From Microbotryum violaceum (lineage: Eukaryota), in the NCBI GenBank assembly GCA_001244265.2, contig CDLV01000009.1, positions 372,001 through 436,000 of the forward strand: DNA of 64,000 bases. The letters run 5' to 3'. Of this stretch, positions 41,601 through 52,137 are shown piece by piece; within the stretch, counting starts at the first letter, position 1; each line of letters starts with the position of its first letter. The translations under genes and the position numbers were made by a program. Below the pieces are notes generated by a model that ran no database searches, had not been told where the DNA came from, and worked only from the letters and a program-made list of their open reading frames with translations.

Positions 41601-41922
41601 CGACCATCTTGCTCTGCCTTCCCAACCCACCGACTTGGGGCTTTTTCGAACGCGTAGATGCGAGTGCATTGACGGAGGAAGTCGCTGAAGAGGAGCGAGT
41701 CAGGGTCGGGCCGTGGCGACTCGTCTTGGGTGTGGTCGAGAGGTTACCGAACAAGGATGGCCTCGAGGAAGAGGAAGAGGCTTGAGCCAGTGGTGTGAGA
41801 TTCGAAGTGCGATCGTGGTGGGGATGAGGACCCGGTCCAGAGAGGGTCGATGAAGCGGTCGCGGGCCAGTCGGGAAGCTCAAAGATGGGATGGGACGACA
41901 GCGAGGATAGCCAGCTCGGCAT
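38698..41922 (-). CDS. NUP82: Nucleoporin Nup82/Nup88
   Basis: Beta-propeller-type motifs FEIQQLVLNPTNTFLAVVGAHSIAVVVLP, QILWHPWG, LLVLTIDSTVREYD, WGPLTLFGLMRNGDVVAICPFLP, plus a C-terminal coiled coil with ERNWFDELKRL. Confidence 0.88.
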
Positions 41923-42208
41923 GGTGAATGTGTTTTGCTGTGACCGGTGCGGTTCCCGAGACTTCAGCGGCGTACGACGAGCACGACAGCAGACCGAGGT
42001 CAGCGTAATAGCACAAGCGCAAGGCCCAACTTTCGGGCAAGTCTCGTCGGGCATCAGAGTTTGAGGCGAGGTCGACTCAAATCTTCGCGCCTTTCTCGGT
42101 CCTTTCTCCCCCTTCCCCTTTCCCCCTGCTCCCCTCGGCCGTCCAGCGCACCCTCGAATTCGCGCTCCTCCTCGGTACCCCCCATCCTCGTCCCCCTCAT
42201 GCTCTAGC

Positions 42209-43367
42209 ATGGCTCGCAAGTCGTCCTCGTCCCAGCCCAACGCTCACCCCGGCACCAAATCGCCCGCTGTGCCCACCGCTTCGACCCCCGTCGCTTCCAG
42301 GGATGTCTTGCAGAGGCTAAACTACCTTTATCAGGCTTCAACTCTGCTGGGCGGGAGCGCAAGCGGCATGCATAAGGAAGGAACAAGTCGGAGCAAGCGC
42401 AAGCACAAGAAAAAGGGGGAAGCTCGCAAGGGGAGTGATACTACCGGCATCGGTGTGGGGACAGCAAGGTTCCTCCCTACGCAGCCTTCAGCTGCAACGG
42501 TTGCAGTGCAAAATGTCGAGCACTCGCACCCACCTCTCACATCGACATCGGAACCGAATCCCAGCCAGCCGACAACGATCGCGACCGCGACGAGCAAAAC
42601 ACGTGACTCGTCCATGGCCAAGCATGCCTCCACAGGCACGGACCAACACACGGTGCGCGATCGCAAACGACGACGACGTTCGGCTAGATCGGAGGAGACC
42701 AGTCCCCAACAGTCGGGAATGGCCTTGCATGCGGTGTCGTGCTCGTTGGCAGGCTTGATGAACCTCGTCGCGCAGAAAGCGACCGTCAAGATGTGAGTCC
42801 CTGGTCGCTGCCTGCTCGATTCCGGTCGTCTCACATTGCGTTCGACGCATGCTCCCCAGGGACCCCTCGGTGAAGAGGACGGTGTGCAAAACCTGTCGAT
42901 CGGTCCTCGTCGCCGGCATGTCCAGTTCAGTCCGGGTCAAACGTGAGCCTTTTCGGTTCTTCAGACTCAGAGAGAGACGCTGTGTCTTCTGACACCTTTC
43001 GTTTCCACTTCTCGTAACCTTCTTTTTGTCTTCAGGTTCTGGTCCGCATGGGCATCGGATCGTGCATACGTGTTTGGCATGTCGTACGACGCGCAAATTA
43101 CCCGCTCCTCCGATCCGAGAAACGTCGCCGGTCCCCATCTCTGCCAACACAACATCAGATATTCTTCCAACCACCTCAACTTCAGTCACCTCGATCGCAT
43201 CGCCTCCTTCGATGGAAGCAATCATCGCGGAACACTCCCCACTGCCACCGTCCCCGCCGCCGGCGAAGAAGAAGAAGATCTTGACGGCCAAGGAAGAGCG
43301 TCGGCTGCGTGAGCCCGTCTTCTTTGAGCGCAAGGATCACGTGACCATTCCAGGCACGCGGGTCTAG
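42209..43367 (+). CDS. RPR2: RNase P subunit Rpr2/Rpp21 family
   Basis: RDVLQRLNYLYQAS...VAQKATVKMDPSVKRTVCKTCRSVLVAG...HTCLACRTTRKLP, with two CxxC zinc-ribbon pairs. Confidence 0.87.
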
Positions 43368-43848
43368 AGCGTTCTTCTCCTTGGCTGGACTTGTTGTGTT
43401 TGTTCACTGTTGTTATCTTTGTATTTCGATTTTTCTCAACCCTGCTACCTCTACGCCTCCGCTCAGCTGCCAAATTTGATGATGGAAGGAGGAGGCCACA
43501 ACCAGTCGACACGTCCGCTAATCAATTTCGAGGGGCTTCGTTCCCAGTAGTGTACGTAAAAAAGGGTTTTAGTCGGCTTGTGTATGTAGCAGAACTTTCT
43601 CTTAACATGCTCCGAACAGTTTGCACAGCACTGTTTGCGCTCCTCGACTGGTTTAGAGCATGGTTCGCACGAGCCGGCGGCATGGCGGCACCGGTGTCGA
43701 GTATTAAGGCAATGAAGGAGGAACGAAAGACGGAGCGACGTGGCAGGGAGCGCGACAGCAGAATGCGATTACCACAATAAGTACATACAACAGCAGATAT
43801 ATACATAAAACTTCCTTCGTTCCTGGAAATACTTTGACATGCTCCATC

Positions 43849-44359
43849 TCAGCTTCGTTTGGCGAGGTCCCGTTTGGTCTTTTCGATCAATCTCCGTAAC
43901 TCGTCGTTCTGCACCTTGATTGGCTGATTCGGCGTAGGGCGAGACTCGTCCTGCGCCAACGGTTTCGGGGTAGGTTTGGAAGGATCATTCTTCTCCGCTT
44001 CGACTGTGGGGAGAACGAGGAGGGATTAGCTACGTGCGTGAAACCACTGAGAATAGGGCCGCCCATGTAGTTGGCCGAACGGCGGCGTCGCAAGCGCAGG
44101 GACTGACTTGTAGCTTGATACAGAGAGTCGTACGCCTTCTCAGTCGCATTCGAGAACGTTCCATGCAGGCTTTCAACTCCTTTGACGAACGTGGGCGAGT
44201 CCAACAACTGCAAGACGTGTGCACACGCAAGGGGAAACGATGAGCAGCTGACTCGGGACGACGAGTGGCGTTCGAGCCATGGACAATGGTCAGTCGTACG
44301 ATACTCACCTTTTTGGTCAGGAGAGCCACGAGTTGCGCTCTTACGAGTGGACCCAGCAT
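43849..44359 (-). CDS. Small hypothetical protein (about 100 aa, 3 exons), possibly mitochondrial
   Basis: Spliced MLGPLVRAQLVALLTKK-LLDSPTFVKGVESLH...YQAT-IEAEKNDPS...ELRRLIEKTKRDLAKRS* with canonical GT-AG introns. Confidence 0.65.
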
Positions 44360-45525
44360 GGCGAAAGAGGTTTGCAAACGGCCGTACGGAAAGCGTTGTG
44401 CGAGTGTTGAGGGTGAGCCTGAGACGCTCCCACGATCGCGAAGCGCCCAGCTCCAAGGGAAGCCAAGGGGTCCGAGCTCAACTTGGGCATTGCGTACTAC
44501 TAGTACTAGCTCGTCTGTTCGAATCCACGCTGAACATGATGCAAGTCGCTTTAGCTCGATTAATGGCCTATCAGTAGAACACTATTCAACTAGCGACGCA
44601 GATTCAGTCTAGTCGGCCTCGAGCGTCGCCGTCTCACCGATTGTATGCAGGAGACTGTGAATTAGGAGCTGAACCCCAATGTTGCAACGGTGCGGCGTTG
44701 AGTCGGTACTACGACCCGGAACTTGCCCCTCGCGCACTTGCTCCTCCCCCACTCATTCGAATCGAGTATGCCTACCAACATTACTCACTGCCTTCAAGCA
44801 AGGCCACCCACCCCTCCCATTATTTAACACATCATTTCAAAGGCGAGGCGAGCCTCAGAATCGTCGGAGCCTGATCTTGGAGTCGGATCTGAAGAGCTCA
44901 GACAGCAGTGGCGGTGTGGGAAGACGCGCATCTGTATGGCCGACTGGTTCGCACGCATATGATTCTCGCTAGTGCATGACACGGCCACGCGTTCAGCAGA
45001 TAGAGTGTATTCATCTGCGGTGGACCGACTCAATGGACTGCCAGCACGAACGAAGTGGGGGCCCGGTCACGTGACCTTGTGGGCGACCAAGGCTCGGACC
45101 CGGCCGCCGGGTCCTCGAATCAGTCGTAATGAATCACTTCGAGCTCCAAGATCGAGACACTCTCCAAGAAACCCTGAGGAAGTTGGTAGTGGGTTTCAAA
45201 AGGGCGCTTATTACGGCCCAATGCAAGATCACTGGTTCGCCCTACTGTCCCCGGGTCTCGAATCTCGTTCATGCCACCGCACTCCGAGTCCATGGCTCAT
45301 TTCCCCATTGGGACAACGGGGCCGAACCGACTCGTCGGCCTAGATGCAAACCCGCCCTACAGCTACTTTGATTGAACAAGATCTACCTAAAAAATTAGGT
45401 ACATCAGGAGGGCATACAAGCTACTAGTACACAAGCTACTTACCTGCACAAGGTTTGTAGTTAATCAAGCATGATAGCCATCGTACCACTGGGGCTTAGC
45501 GCTCGAGCGAATCAGCTCAGCATAG

Positions 45526-46286
45526 TCCCTGTGCTCCTCGCCCGAACAAGACGCCAGTGTCCTCCTTGCTTCCAGTATGTCCGGAAATTTGCCAACCTCG
45601 CTCCCTGTCCCCTCCAACGGCCCCGCCGATCTGAATCTCCAGGCCTTTCGAGTTCGCCGTCCCCTTCTCTCCGCGACGACCTTGTCACCGCCGCCTCTCT
45701 CCGCGCCGAAATCGGCTCCGCGGTTGCCATTGTCCGCTCGGAATTCGACGTCTTGACCGATGCCGTCCAATTCGCCTTCGACGAGGTAGACGGCGAGCTA
45801 GCCAAGTACCGCCAAGCCTTCAACGACTTGCAAGTGGAGCCTGCGATCATCCGCGAAGTCCAAGCTATCGATCGCCATTGTAAAGTATTCTGTCTTGACA
45901 TGGCAGACCGCCAGAACATGTTCGCCGGGAACCTCGATGCCTTCCTCGAGACCGCCAACGCCAGCGACGAGCTCATCGCGGTATGTGTGTCACGGTCCAG
46001 GCCATGATCGAAACTGAAGGACAGCGACGCGAGGAGATGGTCACTTTTCGCGAGTGGGCTCGGCAATACGTTGAACCCATCTTGACTAGTCCCGAATGAC
46101 ATTCGGCGCGGAGGGAGGCGGCGGTGACAAGGTCGTCGCGGAGAGAAGGGGACGGCGAACTCGAAAGGCCTGGAGATTCAGATCGGCGGGGCCGTTGGAG
46201 GGGACAGGGAGCGAGGTTGGCAAATTTCCGGACATACTGGAAGCAAGGAGGACACTGGCGTCTTGTTCGGGCGAGGAGCACAGGGA
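45526..46286. repeat. Long inverted repeat: 185-bp arms (45526-45710 and 46102-46286), one mismatch, 391-bp spacer
   Basis: Manual reverse-complement comparison; the ORF track also shows identical peptides on opposite strands. Confidence 0.97.
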
Positions 46287-46346
46287 AGGTAGAAGAGAGA
46301 GAGGAGATGGAACAGCAGGCGGGGTTGCTCGTGGACGACCTACCAT
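45526..46346. pseudogene. Rearranged gene for a helical hypothetical protein: ATG and exon 1 on minus strand, body on plus strand
   Basis: ATG at 46346(-) opens a 109-nt exon, then a 68-nt GTATGT...CTGAA...CAG intron present in both arms. The in-phase continuation (SLRAEIGSAVAIVRSEFDVLTDAVQFAFDEVDGELAKYRQAF...) exists only on the plus strand. Confidence 0.6.
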
Positions 46347-47573
46347 ATCGAGGGGGGAGGTGTGGTACTCCGGATCGTGCCCAATAACGACAAACTCGAC
46401 TACCGTGTCCGGCGTACGAAAGGGAATGATATAACACTGGTCTAAATAGCTGGGAGCTCAAAGTGAATAATTGAAGAACCTTTGGCGCGCAATGCCAGCC
46501 CGCGTGAGCGCACCGAAGCTTAGTGAGATTCTTCATACGATGGGCGATCGATGCACGGAGTTGTTTACCACCGATCGGCCGCCATCATATGTGCTCTCAG
46601 ACCCTGGGGTGTCGAGAGTCGAGATCGCTGGCGAGCGACGTGTCACATGGGCAGAAGCCCAGACCGCAAGGTACGCCTAGAACGACCGAATCGGATTCGA
46701 GGTTGCTCCGACCTGCGAAGTCCGGTGGTAACTCGTCGCACCCCTGCATAATGCTTCACGGGTCCCCGCCATCATCGTCCGTCGACCCCAATGCCCTCTG
46801 GACTAGATATCAAGATTCTTCGTAATTGTCGGTGACGAGGGCCAACTCAAATTCGGACCAGGGCTCAGGGTTTTGCGACGGGTACGGCTGCGGACGTCCG
46901 CTGGAAACACAAGTTCGATCACGCTCAAGTTCGCGCGTGCCGGCATAGGACGTAAATCGCAAGTTTTAGGATACCTGTGGTGTCTTGAGTCGCAAGGTAA
47001 TAAGGTGGCAGCATGTCATCGACCCCAGAACACCTCTCAGGACCATGTATGGCGCCTTGGACCCGATTGAAAGCCGCGGGCCAGCGCTCTTCACCCTTGG
47101 TTACCTCCTGTTCCTCTCAATCCTAGCTTGATCCATGGCGCTACGAGCATGCGGACCACAGTCGACCTCATGCAGACTAACATTCTTGGTTCTTTTGGAC
47201 GCCTACGTCTTCGCATTATCCGCCACAGGCTATGCCCCTCCTAAATGAGACCTCCTCGGCAGTAACGCCACACTGGCGCGAATGGGGTCTGTCACCTACG
47301 CTTCGGCATCCATTCGACGATCACAGGTCTGGCGATGGAGGTCCTCCACAACATTTACGGGAGCAACACCCCATTATCTCATAGTGCGGGGGAAAGAAGA
47401 ATGTATTAATCGGTAAAGTACTCCTATACTGTGCCATTATCTTGACATTGGTTGCACGATAACAGCAGAAGCATCAACACATTGTATCCGATTACAGGCG
47501 ATAGAGTTGGGATGTTTAAATTTCTTTCATTCGAACGGCAATGTCGAACCCCTATTCTAATAGCGCTCCCTCC

Positions 47574-50044
47574 TCATTCCTTCGGCTCCTTCCCTGTTTC
47601 CCTCACAACGGGTTCGTCCTTGTCGGTATTCTTCTTCTTCGACTTGGTCGAGTTCTTCTCCTTCGGTGTTGTTGCGGTCGAAGCTTCGGATTCGTCGCAA
47701 CCCAACGCCTCTTTCACTTTATCTTTCCCTGCTACAAGAGCAAGCCACGGGAAACAAAAAAACGAGTCAATTCCATCATTCTAACGAGTTCTTCATCGAC
47801 GAGGTAGCCAACGTTTCACACCATTCCATAGGTCACCCAACAGCGACTCGCCGTCTTCCTTGCCCTTCGTGTCGGCGGTCTCAGGGGTTGGTTTGTGTGA
47901 GGTTGCTTGGGGCGGTGGTGTTGTTGAGGTGGAGGGCTTGGCCGCGGCTTCATCGAGAGGTTTTGAGGGATCGTTTTCATCCATTGTCGACCACCACTTT
48001 CCCGACACTGCGAAAGGGGAACCGTACACAAGTATCAGCACATCAATTATCCACGAGTGCGATCCACAGCCCACTCGGAAACGTACCGGCATCGGATGGT
48101 GGGGGTTTGGCTTGGTGCGTAAAGCCAGGCGAGTTCTCGTCGGGCAGCTTGGAGGCCTTTTTGGATGAGGTAGACTGGGCCGATGCGGCTTGGGACTCGG
48201 TCGAGCCTCCGTCGTTGGATGACGGTGGCGCCGACGACGGCGAATATGACGACGATCCGGGAGATTCAGTTTCGGAAACGTACATCTGCAAGATACGTCG
48301 TTGGGCCGGAGTCAAAGTGCTGTAGGGAGGTAGGGAGGATTCAGTCAGGACATCCGTTTGCCTGTCATAAACATAGCTCAAACTCGAAGCACTTACCGAG
48401 GCATTTGAACTCCGAACCTGACCACAAGATCACCATATTCGTCCTTGTACAGCTTCTTAACACCTCGGCCTCGCAGGACCATCTCCTCGCCGGGCTGCGT
48501 ACCCTGAGGCACCTTGACCTCCACTTCCCGATCAAGCGTCGCGACCCTTGCTCGACCACCCAAGATGGCCGTGTAGAAGGGCACGCCAACGTCTTGGTAG
48601 AGGTTCGAGCCCTGGCGCTGGAAGGTTTTGCTGGGCAGGACCGAAACTCGGACGTAGAGGTCTCCAACTCGACCCTTGCCTCCGAGAGGGGCATCGCCCT
48701 GGCCGTCGATTCGAATCTTCATTCCATCGTCGACACCAGGCGGGATGCGCACCTCAACTGACTTGCGCTCGCGCACCTTGCCGACGCCGTTGCAAGTGCC
48801 GCAGCCCGAGCCGTACGGTGTGGTCGAGCCCGAACCGCCGCAGACGTTGCAAGTCGACGCCATTTGGAAGCCGGACTGGATCGTAAATGTCCTCGTCCCG
48901 CTTCCTCCACACGCTCGGCAGCTCGATTTCTGTGCTCCTTCCTTCAAGCCGGATCCCTTGCAAGTCCCGCAGTCGACCACCGGGGAGATGGTAACGGTCT
49001 TGCTCGTGCCCTTGGCCGCTTCGACGAAAGGCAGCGTGATGCCGATCTCGATGTCTTCACCCGGTTGCATCCCTTGACCCGGTCGGGCTGAACCACCCCT
49101 TCCACCACCGAATGCGCCGAACAATGACTCGAAGATGTCGGGTCCAGCTCCACCGGCCCCACCGGTGGCCCCTCCGCCGAAGAAGTCGGAGAACCCAGCA
49201 CCCCCGAACGAGGACGAGGCGCGGGCGTACGCATCCGAGTCAAAGCCTTGCTGCGTCGATGCAGGTCCAAAGCGATCGAAATCGGCACGTTTCTTTTCGT
49301 CAGATAGGATCTGCGCGCAGCGAAATTAATTGCGATTGTCAGCTCCAGCGCCAGCCTCACCGAGCAGGGGGACACCATCTCAGGCGAAGGTCTCACATCG
49401 TATGCTTCCTGGATCTCTACAAATCTCTCTTTGGCACCCTTGTCCTTGTTGGTATCAGGATGGAACTTTTTGGCGAGCTGCGAGATCAAAAACAGGATGT
49501 AGGGTGCCATCGTCAGCTGAGGGAAGCCCGTAGAAGGTCAAGGAAAGAGCTTCGCGCTCCGCCGTACCTGGTAGTAGGCTCGCTTGATCTCGCTCGCGGA
49601 TGCATCCTTGGCCACACCAATCGCCTTGTACGGGTCTTGGACGAGCGAGGTCGATGAAGCATGGAACGTGCGCTGTGGGGAAGGCAGGCAGTAGGCGGCG
49701 TCAGCGAGCGGCCGGCCATGACATAACGATCGCAGTAACGGCCGGGTGGGCACGCAGCACACAGCACGTACCTGATGTAGTTTGTTCCCAGCCCGACGGC
49801 TCAAAGCCGATGAGACCAGATTCCATCCAAGTCGTTGACGAGGTGCAGCGGCGGTACTTAGTCGGCGGGTTGACGACGGTGCCTTTGATGCGACCGCGAA
49901 TGAGCGTTGCGAAGGGCCGTCCCTGCTCCCGCTGGCGACCGGTGATGCAGTGACTGCAGACGAGACCGTGCGACAGACGCAGGGTGATATGCCACTGCCA
50001 TTCAGGAGGCTCAGCAGCGAAGGTGTACGCGCTAGGGGCGCCAT
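47574..50044 (-). CDS. MDJ1: Mitochondrial type I DnaJ co-chaperone
   Basis: Presequence-like N-terminus, J domain (DPYKAIGV...EIKRAYYQLAKKFHPD), G/F region, four CxxCxGxG repeats, DnaJ C-terminal domain. Confidence 0.94.
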
Positions 50045-50584
50045 CAATCTTGCGGCGTTTCAACCAGATGCTCGTGACGGAATGTCGAGGAAGCAGAGAG
50101 CGATTCCGGCGCACGTACCCCTACGTACCCCCGCAGCTTGGGAAGCCGACGGTCAACTCTGGTAAACTCAAGGCCTATCGAGGCCGTCGCCGATCGAGTC
50201 AGAAACCGGCATCCTTCACTGGATGGCAAACCTCATATTGTATTGAGAGCACAGAGCTACCTTGCCCGTCAACAATTTTGTCCTGAGCCACTGCTAAATA
50301 CCGATGGCATGTCGGCGAAACTTCTCGGCTTCGCAAAATTTGTCAAATCGAGGGCACTGTTGGGCAGGCTTTGATCGCATGTCACCGACACTTTCCACTT
50401 CATCTCTGTGTTCGCGAGTAGCATGAACGACAGCGGTCAACAAGCGGGTACCCAGGAGCTGCCTCCGCGACCGTTATTAATTAGCCAACGAATCAAAGTC
50501 GGGGTTCTTCGGCCATCGTTCGACTCGACCAGATCCGCGTCTCCTTCAGCCTACTGCTCCGAGCTTCGAACGAGTGTTAACACC

Positions 50585-51980
50585 ATGGTTCACAGTCCTC
50601 CCTTTTGGGTCAAAGCTTGTACGTTTCGTCTCTCACCGTCTTTACAAGAGGCAGGAGGCAGGTTCATGACTATAAGCACGCGGGAGCTCACCGTACGTTC
50701 ACCCTCGGAACTGCGCCTCCTCCTTTCATCCAATTTAGGGTTCATCATTAGTACCATCCTCGTCTTCTGGGATGCTGGCTACTGCCTGCTCCGACCGCAT
50801 ACTTTTGAGGGAGGCAAATACCATACCCTGTGGACGTGAGTTGCAGATCCACCCCGCCTCTGCGGGCGCCTCGTCGGAGTCCGGTCATGTCAACGTCATG
50901 TGGCCGTGGTGTGGGGCGCTGTGTGGGGCGCTGTGTGGGCTCGACGGAACGCTGATCCCGGACCCTACTTGTTTTGGATGAGGCTTGCAGACCCTATGTT
51001 TTGTATGCAAGTGAGTTGACCTTCAATTCCCAAGTCGTTGCTGAGCAGCACTAAGCATGACTCCTCCCATGTTCCAGGCGTCGACTACCTTTACGGCCAT
51101 GCAGGTAAGCGCTCCCCACGCGGAGGTCAAACCATACCTCACATGTCTGACGAAATGCCTGCCCGATACCTGTTCACGAAACACCAGTCTTCAAAGCCGG
51201 CGAAGGCTTCACCTCAGCGCAAGCGATCCTAAACGTTGTTGAAAACTTCATGAACATTACTTATCTGCTCTTGCTTCGAGCCGGATCGGCGAACGCCATT
51301 CTGGTGGGATTTTTTGCTGTCACATGCACGTTTTGGGTCAGTTGGTCCTTGCGTATCGAGAGAGTCATGACTTTGTTCTGCATGACTGACTTTGAGAACT
51401 GCTCTTCGTTCGCGGCGGTATCAGAAAACGGCAAGTTTTTGGGGAGGATCTGAGCACGGGTCGCCGAGCAAACCTGCCGAGTTTGACGACGCGCTAATCG
51501 GCAAGCTTTCCTCGTGATCAGGTGCTCTACTGGCTCATGGATCAACAATGTGGATGGTGCCAAACGTAAGTTACATTTTCAGATCATGACCCTAAAGGCC
51601 TAACCTACTGGCTGCTGATCCACGCCTTCCGCACACCTCCCCTAATCCCGTCCGACGAGATATGCAGCGGCCACAATAGCCTGTACAAGTGGATCATGTT
51701 ATTCGGTATCCCTAATGGGTTCTGGCTAGTAGTCCCGTGAGTCTTGTCCCACTTTCACATCTCACACCTGTTACGCACCCTCTTGAAATGGTCGTCGAGC
51801 CTGACTTGCGCACCCTCGAATGGCCCATTCAGTTTCTCCATCATCATCCTCTTCGGGTCCGAGATCTCGTCCAACTTGAGGACGCTGCAGAACGCTGCAG
51901 AACGCTGCGGAACGCTGCAGAACGCTGCGGAACGCTGCAGAACGCCAAGGCAAAGACGATTTAAGTGGAAAACGAGGTGA
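50585..51980 (+). CDS. EBP-like / EXPERA-type ER membrane protein
   Basis: Spliced WFIISTILVFWDAGYCLLRPH...WTPYVLYASVDYLYG...GFTSAQAILNVVE...TFW-KT-VLYWL...GHN...IPNGFWLVVP; many short exons. Confidence 0.8.
51881..51945 (+). repeat. 10-bp coding tandem repeat AACGCTGC(A/G)G, 6 copies plus a partial copy
   Basis: Seen directly inside the last exon of the EBP-like gene. Confidence 0.95.
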
Positions 51981-52137
51981 GAAAGGGATATAGTGGGCGG
52001 CAAAGTGTGTACACCTGAGGCGAAATAGAACTCGCATGAGGCAAACCAAACGTGCATGAGAAGGGATGTATTTCGTCAATTGGAGAGTTACCAAAGCCAC
52101 TGCTATATATCATTCGAAAGTCATAACAAGAAAAACA

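Noticed and set aside
44505-44535. GTTCGAATCC tRNA T-loop-like motif
   Set aside because: Flanks do not form a T stem and no cloverleaf is evident.
45384-45428. Hairpin followed by CTAG as a Helitron 3' end
   Set aside because: The hairpin is AT-rich and further from CTAG than typical; no Rep/helicase sequence.
45526-46286. Inverted repeat read as MITE or DNA transposon terminal repeats
   Set aside because: No target-site duplication seen at the outer edges, and the arms consist of exon/intron-like sequence that continues as a gene on one side.
51881-51945. CRISPR-like array
   Set aside because: No spacers, eukaryotic context; a simple tandem repeat.
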